Assembly: GCA_029953675.1 (NCBI GenBank)
Contig: JAMWBK010000005.1
Span: 558,001 to 622,000, forward strand
Length of the DNA stretch: 64,000 bases
DNA from: Rhodosorus marinus CCMP1338
Taxonomy: Eukaryota > Plantae > Rhodophyta
Reading direction: 5' to 3'
The notes beneath the pieces were generated by a model that was given only the letters and a program-made list of their open reading frames with translations, was not told the origin of the DNA and made no database searches. Both the position numbers and the translations under genes were made by a program. Shown here piece after piece: positions 23,501-34,800 of this stretch; the stretch's first letter is position 1, and each line of letters starts with the position of its first letter.

Positions 23501-24737
23501 AAAAATCGCTTGATTTCACCTTGTCAAGAACGACTTTAAACACGTCGAAAAAGCGACTGTCCGACTTCGATTCGTCCCGAGCGTCGTCCACGTTCCGGCC
23601 AGTACCTCCAACAAACACTGGCTCGCGCAGCAAAAAATCAGACAGGTCTTTAGCGGGCGAAGGTGCAGCTGATTCCATCACTCAGAATACGGATTCTTTT
23701 ACCTCTGGCAAAGAAAACAACAGTGAGCGTGTGGTTTACATCAGCTTCGTTCCAAGTCTCTGCAATCTTCTGGATAAGCTCATACAACAGCTCATAGTGC
23801 AGTCTACCATCTCCGGCTTGCTCCCACATTTCCCTCGATATCTGTTCAGAAGCGCAGCACGAATTTTTGTATAGCGTCAGCTATGCGACATGAGGCTGAC
23901 TTAAGATCGTACCCCGCCAGTTCCGCTATAGCTTACCTGTACTAGCCAGAAGAGGTTTGCGCTCTTCGAGCGGAACGTAATAGTAGTTTCCGTGGAGACG
24001 AGGCCACCGTTGACGCTTTCGTTTTCAGTCCTCAAGTCTTTGACCCGGACCTTGACGAGGCCCATCGCGAGTTGCTTGTGGATATGCAGCCAAGAGTCAG
24101 CGAGGAACAGCTTCAGCCGCCACATCTCACTAGAACTGATGTACTGATCCTTCAACGTTAACTCAACAGATTCAACCAGGGCGTTTTCCTTCGGAACTTT
24201 CTCAACTTCCACAATCTGGATTGGCAGCGTTGTTTTCTTGAGCTTCAAATTGAAGAGTGGCTTCCAATGATGAAGAATGTGCAGGTCAGTCAATGTAACG
24301 GGTTACCTTACCATCTGCGCAGATAGCTTGAAGATATCTGCGACGACAGAGAGGATAGAGATCTCTGCTGGAAGTCTTTTAACCGACGAAACTTTAAGGA
24401 CGAAGTTGTCTGGCAATTTTTCAGAGTTTTGGTCTGGAGGTTTGGTCAAAATTCACCAATTGCGGGGATCAGTCAATACCTTGAAAAACATTAGAAATCA
24501 TTAATCCGTTCCTTCCCTACCTTCATTCTCCATGACGGATATCCTAACCATGTCACCTTCACGAACATCTGGAAAGAAATCCGGATTGACGAGAAGCTCG
24601 TCACCTCCCAAATAGTTCTGGTCATGAAGCCTCAACCTGAACTGAGTCTTTTTCGCCGATTCATGTTTGCTGACGCCCCTCTTCGACACCGTATTGCCAC
24701 GGTCCCCCCGTACCCCTTGCCTTCTCGACGGCAACAT
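20578..24737 (-). CDS. DEPDC5: GATOR1/SEACIT subunit DEPDC5/IML1 orthologue, multi-exon
   Basis: N-terminal LRLHDQNYLGGDELLVNPDFFPDVREGDMVRI; SABA-region GNTLEALNLTLN...TGTSIILMTAGNGVMKVD..LAEITKRR; VNWNKLDQILVDG; C-terminal EWIMLSCD...CFHININWIAC...FERRAKQLGFRMLSVP...QYFHANG. The 3' end at 20578 is the best guess. Confidence 0.88.
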
Positions 24738-25676
24738 CGTCCTGAGTATCTTCTCAAAGTCAACAAAACAGAAGAGCGCGACGGTCCAACGCCCAGGAAC
24801 AGAGATTTCTCAAAACATGTACACATTTAAGCCTACGAGACCCTGGAAGAAGCCTCGTAGACCCCATAGAAACGAAGCAAGTCCCCTTCCGACATTCCTT
24901 GTCTACCTACTAGCACTCGTTGCCATCCATAAAGTCAAGTAGTCTCTCCCCCAAACTTTTTCATACCTACTCATAGACAAATGGATAAATATTTATTTAT
25001 TTAATATAAATATTATCTTAATAAAAAATTAAAATCGGGTATCTCCTAAATGTATTTATAATACTATAGTTATTGTCAGCAACGAACCGGTGAAATTGTG
25101 CCATTTAAATCGTATTTTTGTAAAATAATATGTATTATGAATATTTCAGTCGTAATGTCTTTTATGCGTCCACAGTCTAAACTATGTGGCCAATTGTTGT
25201 TTCATGGAGTAGCAGTAGAGGCATTGTAGACGCTTGGAGCGATTGGATGAAAGCGCGATGACGATCATCCAGTAAATTCCCTTAAACTGCTACAGAAGAT
25301 GTACGCTTCAACGATCGCCTAGTATCTGACACGACAATAGTACATTAGCCGTGTTCTACTCTGTCCGCCGCAGGTAGGAGGGAGAGCGCATAGGACAAGT
25401 ATGAACTTTAAGAGGGCAGAGTATTCTTGATCCAAAACGTTCTTTGCTGCTGTGCGGACTCCCCCGACTTGTGGAGTGCGTCAGATTCGACTTGCCCGAC
25501 GAACATTCATTTGCGAAACATCACGGCTGGGCGAGAAGCTGTGTGAATTGAAGGGCCATAGGCTTTTTCTATTCTTGAAATTCGATGAACACTAGCACCC
25601 CTCTGCAACCTTAATACTTTGCACGATTCTACACCTCTTGACAAACTGTTCTAGCCTGTACATGTCTTGGTCGGTT

Positions 25677-26987
25677 CTACATCTTTGCGGCCGGCATCTG
25701 CCCGAGGTCCTCAAGAACGACGCTGATCTCAAGCACTCGTCCCTCTCGAATCACTTCCAGAATCACGGACTCACCGACCTACCATGTATTCGAAACAAAC
25801 CGCTTTCGTGAGTTTTCCAAAGGGCCTGTGAACAGGAGCACGCGTTGCTTCCTAAAAGTACGTACCTTCTTTCGGTCAAGGTGTCGAAAGATATCTACGA
25901 TACGATCAGTCCTGTTTCCGTCCAGTTTTACAACGACATCTCCCAAGTGAAGTTTCCCACTTGCATCCCTCTTTGTCGATTTGATGCCAGCTTTCTCAGC
26001 TGCACCGGCTTTTCTGGTCCCCAGAACTAGGAGTCCATCTTCAATACCCAGCCGCCGACATAGCGCCTCAGGAGCGAAAAAAACTCCCAGCGCTGGTCTC
26101 ATCACATGTCCCCCGCAGAGGATCTCACGGACAACTGTTTCCAGAGTCGAGGCTGGAATCGCGAAACCAACGCCGGCAAAAACTCCAGAAGGAGATGCAA
26201 TCGCAGAATTCATTCCTATAACAAATCCCCTAGAGTTCAGCAGAGGACCACCAGAGTTTCCAGGATTAACAGCTGCGTCGGTTTGGATTATGTTGAACAT
26301 GGGCCGCCCAGCAGTCTTTCTGGTGATCTCCCTTCCAAGGCCAGAAACGACTCCTGCAATGCAAAACATAAAGCACCAGAGATTAGGGATCGGCCTTGAA
26401 AGAGCAAGTACATCAACGGTTCCTCACCAGTTGTCAGGGTGTGCTCGAGTCCGAATGGATTTCCAATGGCGAAAACCTTTTGTCCTACGAACAGTTGTTG
26501 TTGGGCCTTGACGCGGACTAGCGGGTCAGGCATTTCAAGACCACTTTCTGACTCAAGCCTCAGAATTGCAACGTCCCGCTCTTCATCAGCCCCCACCAGT
26601 TCAGCCGTGAAGTATTTGTCATCGGGCAACGAAGCTGTCCGTACCCGAATCTCGGCAGCGTCGTTGATGACGTGATTGTTCGTTACTACATGGCCACGGT
26701 CGTCCCAAACGAACCCGGTCCCTTAATCATCAAAAGAGCACGTTCAACGTTAGCCAGCCCAGCAAGGGAGCGAAGAAAACACCACCGCAGAAATACATAC
26801 CAGTACCCTTCGGCGTCTCAGCCTTTGACCCGGAATTATCAAGCGCCAAGTCCCTCTTCGTCAGCGACAGAATGTTCACAACGCCAAACTTGGCCTTGTA
26901 AAACATCTCAACAACCGCTCTCTCCTCTTCACGCAACTCATCCATCCCATTCTCCTCACGGGACGATCTCGCATCCAATACACCCAT
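25677..26987 (-). CDS. Deg/HtrA (Deg1/Deg8-like) serine protease with PDZ domain, multi-exon; 5' end uncertain
   Basis: Triad intact: GHVVTNNHVI, RDVAIL, IQTDAAVNPGNSGGPLLNSRG. Also VGQKVFAIGNPFGLEHTLTTG and a PDZ domain (GDVVVKLDG). Last exon VGESVILEVIREGRVLEISVVLEDLGQMPAAKM* ends at 25677. Confidence 0.92.
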
Positions 26988-27269
26988 CCTTTCTATACAA
27001 AAGGCATTAAGTAAACACCTCCGTTCTACGCAAAATCCGAGTGTAAAAGTAACCAGCTCTCCTTCTTGATTGCTCGTTTGGTTACAAAGGGCAATATCAA
27101 CTCAGTTCTAAGAACAAAACAAGTAAAAACCTCCCACCTCCCAGAATCCTACCAAACCCTTCCCCCCAGCACCGCAGAATCCAAAACCGATGACTTCATC
27201 CTCATCTTAGTTCCTCTTGAAGAACATGACTGTACTATCTTCTTCTCGTCCTGAAAAAGCCCTTTACGA

Positions 27270-27940
27270 ATGGCTAAAGGATCCTTGAGAAGAATGCTCA
27301 ACCGAATCCAGTCCATCGTCTTCATCCCGAGATATCTATCTCATCTTAATTCAGTCTCCTCATCATCTGAGTCCTAGCTCCTTTTTCCGCATGACAGGTC
27401 TACGTTAGGGTACACGGAATCACAAAGGATGAAGGAGGTGGGCTTGCAATCGCTAAAGGAGTCTTGAGAAGCATGCTCGAATGAATCTTGTCCATCGTCT
27501 TCATCATGAGATATCTATCTGCTCATCCCCATTCGCTCTCCTCATCGCTGAGTAAAGCTCCTTTCCCCGCAGGACAGGTCTAGGGTATACGGCATCACTA
27601 AGGATGAAGGAGGTGGGCTTGCAATCGCTACAGGATCCTTGAGAAGCATACTCGAATGAATCTTGTCCATCGTCTTCATCGTGAGATATCTATCTGCTCA
27701 TCCCCATTCGCTGTCCTCATCATCTGAGTAGAGCTCCTTTCTCTGAACGACAGGTCTTTGGTACACGGAATCACCAAGGACGAAGGAGGTGGGCTTGCAA
27801 ATGGCTAAAGGATCCTTGAGAAGACTGGTCTACTGAATCTTGTCCATCGTTTTCATCATGATATATCTATTTGCTCAACCTCACTCACTCTCCTCATCAT
27901 CTGAGTAGAGCTCCTTTCCGTAGATGATAGGTCTAGGATT
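27270..27940. repeat. Tandem array, ~177 bp unit, four high-identity copies
   Basis: GCTA(A/C)AGGA...CTTGAGAAG starts at 27273, 27452, 27627 and 27804 (spacing 179, 175, 177). Shared blocks TCCATCGTCTTCATC, TATCTAT, GCTCCTTT and GAAGGAGGTGGGCTTGCAA. Confidence 0.95.
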
Positions 27941-29100
27941 CATGGACTCCTTGGGATGCGGGTGAGCGAACAGTGGAGTAGTTGCCGCTTGCAGATAGCT
28001 TCTTCTCCATAAAGGAGATAGAGAGATCAGTTTAATCGGAAGCTAAGGTTCCCGGGTGATGTTCGCCGGGAGGGGCCCAGGGAACGCGCCTCCGGAACTA
28101 GGCCAGCCTACAGCGCCGGACTCAAGGAAGTACCACTGTCGTGAAAGAGCATCAGGGCGGTCACAGTAACACTCACCGCAAGGAAGCACCCCAAGCGCTA
28201 TCTAAGAATTCGAGGTTGGTAAGGTTCTCAGTATACAATCATGCTCGGGCATAGTATTCGTAGCAGTAGCGTAGCCTTAAAGCAACCCATCGCACGATTG
28301 CTGTCGTTTTCAAGTCGCCTTAGTCGTCTTTATAAAGCTTGAGGAGTTAGGTGCCTGTTGGATATGGGCTCCTTTGTCTTAGGTGAGAGGAAGCAGCCCT
28401 CCCCCCGGAGGTAGCCGAGGCTGCTAAAGTGCCAACATCTTTGTCCTTGTAACCAAACGTGCTTTTTTGGCCAGGTTTGTCCATTCTTTTCGTCTCCAAC
28501 CGAAAAAAGCTGAATTACAAGCGGAAAACAGGGGAGCTTTGAGAATGCACGTTCCTCAATCGCAACTCTCTACATGGAACCCCACGGGATCCATATCCAG
28601 TTTGTCACATCAACAAAGAAGCTCGTCTAGCGCTCTGATAAAAGCTTTACGAGAACAGAATCCTTTTCGTAAGGATGACTAGCTGCAATGCAATCTGTAT
28701 CTACTGCACCATTTATAATTTGCTCAGACTGAAGCTTCATGGCCTTCGTCTTCATCGAGGTGCCAATTCATGCACACCGCACGACGTCCAAGTCAAATGG
28801 CGGGGGGGAAGAAGGGAAGTCGAAATTCTGTATCTGAAAAACGAACTGAGTAGAAGACGTTTGATGAAGCGCCTCTATCGGTAGGAAAGACATAGCTTTG
28901 GTTTGGCAGTGAAGGACCTGGTCTGTCCCACTGCTTGCCATATCGAGGTGGGGCAACAGTTGTAAACGACAGAATCGAAACGACTACTTTAGCTTGTGAG
29001 GGGAGATTATGAGGAGGGATTTTGAGGACATAGAGAGACTGAGAACTACTGAGTGGCTAAGTGAGGAAAGCATAGAGTTTCTCTTGTAACAAAATCGAAC

Positions 29101-31728
29101 ATGGGTTTCGTGTTTGCTGGTTCTGTTCGCTACGACGTTTCTGAACGAGGTTTTCGATGCGTTCAGTCGATATCTGAAGGAAGGTGGAGGTGTGGAAAGC
29201 CGGTGTTGTTTGCACACAAGTCGAGGTTCGTATTCAACCTCTTTCATTTGTCGTGTTTTTCTTACTAGTCTTTAGCCGGCTTTTTTTCTGATCTTTTTTT
29301 CTGGTTGTCGTCCATGTCCACAGAAGCGAGAGTGACAGAAACTCGGAGGCACACCATGGCAGGCGCAGCAGGAGAGATTCCGAGGTTGGCGGTAATGATT
29401 TGAACCTTGAGGCACTCACAAGCGAGCTGCACGCGTTGGGGCCCAGGGCACGAAGTGATGTTGTACTTTACAAGAGGTTTCATCACGCGATTGAGGTAGG
29501 GGATAAGGCGGAAAACTCTGAACTTGCCTTTTCAAAATTTATATCAACGAGAGTTTCGTCATTAGCACTATGGCAGTCAAGGCTAGAGCGTCGGACTCGA
29601 AAAGACTGAAATCCCTAGAATGAATGTCCGTTATCAGGTCTGCTTTGCTCGTGGCGCGGTAGCCCAGGCCATGGAAGTTCTCGCTCTGATGGAGTCAAAC
29701 CTGGCATTCGTAAGGAAATCTACTTACGCAGTAGTCGCCAGTCGGCTTGCCAACTTCCAGCAAGTCGAGCTATTGGAAGCAATGCTGACCCGAATGTGGC
29801 AGAGGAGTACGAAAAGCGCATCAACCCTATGATTCCAAAAGAGCAGGAGTCAACTCTAATGACTGAGAGATCCGTTGCGCGCTTTTCTGAATTTCCAGAT
29901 GAAGAAAAATCAATGCCGGATGAGAGAATGTGTGCATTGGCGGTAAACGCGGCTTTCTCCACAAGGCGATCTGACGTTGCCTTGAGAATTCTTGAAGGAA
30001 TGCGTGCCGAAGGTGTTGAGGAGGGGCCTCTGACAGTGTCCGTTATGGCAAAAGGTAAGAAGGAATCGAACGAGAAGAAAGGCTGGGCAAGCTTTGATAT
30101 ACGATAGACTCAGCACCTGGCAATGAAATCGGCAAACTTAGGATACGGGAGGATGAAGCAGCCATCGGCGGTTACAGAGCTCTTGAACAGTGCTCAACAG
30201 AGAAATGTTGATCTAGATATCGTTGCTTGGAATTCAGCCGTGGATGCCTACACGAGATGCGGTCAACTGGACAAAGCACACGAGCTCATTGAAAGTACGT
30301 CCAAGAGGTTGCTTCTGTTTTCATGTTCGTCAAGGGTTTAAATCTAACCAAACGCCGCTCCCAACCTTGTAGAAATGAAAGCTCAGAAGGTCTACCCAAA
30401 TGAAACGACTTTCAATACGCTAATAAAAGGTGCAGGTAGGGCAGGGCGAATAGACTCAGCGTTCGATTACCTCTCGGAGATGCGACGGAATGCGTGCCGT
30501 CCAAATCACGTTACGAAAAATTCGTTGATTGATGCCTGTATGCGTGTTGGGTTATGGGACCGCGCCATAGAAATCCTGGATCAAATGCTAGAAGAAGAAT
30601 CGGAGCGCAAGCTTGCGCTCATTGGGTATACCTCCGTTTGCGCTGGTATGTTATGACTGGGGCATTAGAGTGTCGAAACTCCCGTTCTTTGGAATTTCGG
30701 CCTCAACCCATATGAATTTTCTGCCCGCAGGTCTTGTAAAGTGCGGAAGAGAAACTGATGCTCTCGGGCTGATGAGTGAGATGGAGAGTAGAGGCGTAGA
30801 CCCGGACCCTGTCGCGTACAGTTCCGTCATCAACTCTCTGATTGGTGTTGGGAATATCGACATTGCGTGGAACCTGTTCGACATTGCGATTGAGAGGTTT
30901 GAGGATGATGAGGAAATCTATGCTACGATGGTTGTGGGGCTGTGCAAAACCTGCGAGCCGAAATTTGTTTACCAAGCAGCTGAACTTCTCGAACATGTCG
31001 TACGTATTACTTGCGCTGCATCACACTCTCAACAGACTGAAAAGAGTTAAAGGATGTTTCTTTCTATGATGTGACTTTTGGAACAGGATTCTGTTTCAAC
31101 TCATAATGCAGTGGTTGACGGCTTCGCCAAGATCGGAAGACTAGCAGAAGCCGAGGACTGTATCAAGTTTATGCGCCAACGGCTTGTTGGGCCCAATGTG
31201 GTCACCTATACAGCATTAATCGACGGGTACGGGCGCAGTCGTGATATTGAGAACGGGTTGCGTTTGTTTCGAGAAATGTGTAACGAAGGTATTGCTCCAG
31301 ATCTGATCGCTTTTAATGCCGTCATTGCTTCACTTGTGAGATGCGGAAGTGTAGCCCTTGCCATGCAGTTGTTCGAAGAAATGTGCGCGAGAAAAGGTGC
31401 AATCACACCCGACTTCAAGACGTACTCGGTTCTCGTGCAGGCGCATTTTTACGACGGCTATTTTGAGAAGGGCTGGGAAATTTTCGAGATGATGACCGAT
31501 AGTGGACACAAACCCAATCAGCGGATGCTCGAATCGATTTTGAAGCGGGTTCTACAATCGTCGAAACCGGACAGAGGAACTATATCTCGCTTGCTCGAGG
31601 AGATGACGTCAGCAGGAGTATCGCATGGCACAATGCGCTTCTGGCGGATTCAGGCGAGTAAGACTCTGTCGCGTTGGGAGATCTCTGGAGAGGAGCACGT
31701 CGAGGACAATGGGCGAAACAAGCCGTGA
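29101..31728 (+). CDS. Pentatricopeptide repeat protein, probably plastid-targeted, multi-exon
   Basis: Many canonical PPR motifs (DIVAWNSAVDAYTRCGQLDKA, PNETTFNTLIKGAGRAGRID, PNVVTYTALIDGYGRSRD, PDLIAFNAVIASL, PDFKTYSVLVQAH). The first exon starts MGFVFAGSV at 29101. Confidence 0.92.
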
Positions 31729-31894
31729 AGACGTCCTCCAAGGAACTAACTTTGTGCTAATATATTTTGTTCATTTGCTGACTTGAATCTCCACACGCTG
31801 CAGTGTTTTAGTATGCGTGAAATCAATCTTGGATAAGTAAAATAGTGATGCCTAAAAATCCCGCTCACAACTGGTGGTCAGACGCGAAAGAGAG

Positions 31895-34800
31895 CTACGT
31901 GGATGTGTTGAGCGCTTCACGCTGATCTTGAATAAGTAGATCGCTTGAGCCACGTGAATTTCGAACCAGGTCAATGCTTGTCGCAATCGAAGCGACCTCC
32001 TCGCAAACCGTCTGAGTTATGAAGAACACGCTGTCCTTCCCCAGCCGTGTGCTGAGGCTGACAAATCGTTCCTTCCCTTCACAGTCAAGATGCAATAGAC
32101 TTTCATCGAAAACGATCGTGTTCATGCGGGGGCTGTCGGCAATAGAAAGTGGTCCAGGTCAGAAGAAGAATGAAGGACAACGAAACAAACGTACAAGTTT
32201 GCAAGGGACTAATTCATACCATCGGCGGTTCTGGATCAAGTGAAGGAATCCAAGCGAAAACGAAAGTGAGATCCTATGCCTTTGCCCTCCGCTTAACTGC
32301 CTGAGCGTCCTTCTCACGTACTCCCGATTATCGTTTTGAGTTAGTATGATCTTCTCGATCTTCTCTACACCAGATTCACTGGCCTTCGTCTCCCTACTCG
32401 GTGACAGTTCCAGCTTCAACGTTCCATCCGAGATCTCGTCCAAGTACCTAACGGAGGTGGCTTGAAGATCAGCATCCTGATATCGAAACTTGCAAAAAGC
32501 AGTTTCCCGAGACGAATGCTCTCGTACTCTTGGCATGAGAGCTCCAGTTCACGCAATGCGTTTTCGATGACAAAATTTTGACATCCAGTCGCGCTGAAGC
32601 ACTCCTCCAGTTCCTCATAGGACAACGCATCGCGATTCAAACACGATGTTGTCTCGTCTAGTTCCAGCCGACGCTTCTCCGTCTGCGCCAGAGCCTCCTG
32701 CAGAGTCTCAAATTCCCTCTGCTTCTTCTTCAGCTCTTCACGATACTTGCCGAGCTCACTGTCCAACTCCTTGTCTCGATGTTCCAGCTGCATCATCTGC
32801 GGTCATGAATCAACGCAATTGCCATGTGCACTTAGCCTGGAGCATGCATCATAGCGACGTCAGGAATTCATCATTCTCACCTGCATGGACACTTCAGCAT
32901 GCTCGGATCTCTTGCTTCTCGCCTGTTCAAGCTCAGCTCGTAAACGATCGTACTCGGCCCTCCAGCTTTCACCTTCCTTTTGCAGCGATGTGAGATGATT
33001 GCTAAGGTTGAACACGTCCAGGCTCGACCGTTCAGACATGGTTTCTCCTTGCACGGCGCAGAGCTTCGTCAAAGTCGTAAAATTCATGTCCTCATAAGCC
33101 TGGAGTACGTGTGGAAGCCATATTAAGATTAAAAACTATGTAAGACACGGTTCCGCAAGTCCATTTGTATTGGTGCTGTTCGCTGTGCAACTGCTTACGT
33201 CCATTGGGAGCTGAAAATTGTGAACAAGCAGTTCTGCATGAGGGTTGCGCTCCCGACGAGAAATTTCGATCTTGCGGAACGTCTCTCCTCGAAGAACTTG
33301 TTCAGACTCTATGTTCGTCAGTTCCTTCTGAAGTTGTCTTTCCTGCTCGATCAGTTGCTTCATGTTCTCAGAATTACGTCTGTTATACTCTGCCTCAACT
33401 CCTTCCAGCTCGCTAGACAGCCTTTGTATTCTGGATAAGAGATCTTGTGTTGTTCTTGATCCGGCTTCCATATCCAACTTCACACGTTCAAGTTCCTTAA
33501 CGACAGCTTCTCTAACTCACGAAGAGACCAAACCTCTCAGTCATCTTCGCGATGCGAAGTGACATGGAAACGGGTGTGCAGAGCGCTTACCTCTGGCGCA
33601 AAAAGGTCTCAGCATCAACAGGTTGCAAGCACTTGTCACATGTGCCTTTCAATCCATCAGCAGTTTCTACAAAGTCCGGTCTTTGCATGGTCGACTGAAG
33701 TCTCGCCGAAAGGGCATCGTGATGTGCCCGCTGCGCAAAAAACAAGTTTCGAGCTGATTTGCGGTCCCTTTCCAGCGACTCCACCGCTCGTCGCAATTCG
33801 ACTGCTCTTTCCTCGTTGCCTGGACAATAAAGCGCAAGTATAGACTTAGTGAAAACTTGGCAGGTAAGAGGTTTCACCTTAGACCGCATCACACTTACAA
33901 AAATGCCCCTTGTGCTGCATGTGGGTATCCAGCCTGGCACGAACAGATTCAAGCTCCGCACACAGCTTGTCAGAGTCCAACTCGATAGAATTCATTGTGC
34001 GAAGTTCGTCGCGATATTTTTCAATCTTCATGATTCGGTTCTCCTCCCAATCCTTTCCTCGCTCCATGAGAGTCTCTCCGGTGCGGACCTTGCAAACAGA
34101 GCCCACGCGGTGCATCTGGTTAGATGGGTAGTCCCCGGAACGCATGAACAAGGTCTCCCTTCTTACCAGGTCTTGGAACCGTCTGAGCTCATTCTTCGCT
34201 GCTTCTAAAGCGACCTTTGCTCTTGTCAGTCTCTGATCGTGCTCTCGGAGCTTCTCCTCGATCTCAGAGACAGCGCTTTTGTGTTCCTCTACTCGTCTCC
34301 CGTGGTCCTCAGCTTCCTCAACCAGTTTCAGGATCATTGATCGCTCTGCCGCTAATTCACGCCTCGATACAGATACACGCGCACTGGCTTCATCGTACCT
34401 CCTGTTCTCGTTGGTAAGAAACGTTTGAAGACGGATAAGGCAATCAGACGGGCAAGCTCGCTGAAAGATCAGGAGTCGATCCATGAAAGCCACTTACGAC
34501 TGTTCTTCTTCGAAACTTGCCCTTGCATCTTCTAGAAGCGTTTTCTGGCTTGGAATTGCTGCCTGGAGGTGCTCCAAGACCGCTAGCTTTCTCTCGAATT
34601 CAAGACGAGCGTCTTTCTTCATTTTGTTGCAAATCCCTCTCAGCTCGCGCCATCTGAAAATGGGTCAACTCTGATTCCTCAGATGCCAGCAGGAACGTGT
34701 TGCAAACACTGTGGGACAACGTACCTCTCCAGCGGTACAATTCGCGCTATTTCATCCTTCAAGGCCTTGTCCGTCAACTCCAAAGCGCTTCGAGTAGCAA

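Noticed and set aside
27270-27940. CRISPR-like interpretation of the repeat arrays
   Set aside because: Units are contiguous ~177-bp tandem copies without unique spacers; the context is eukaryotic and there are no cas genes.
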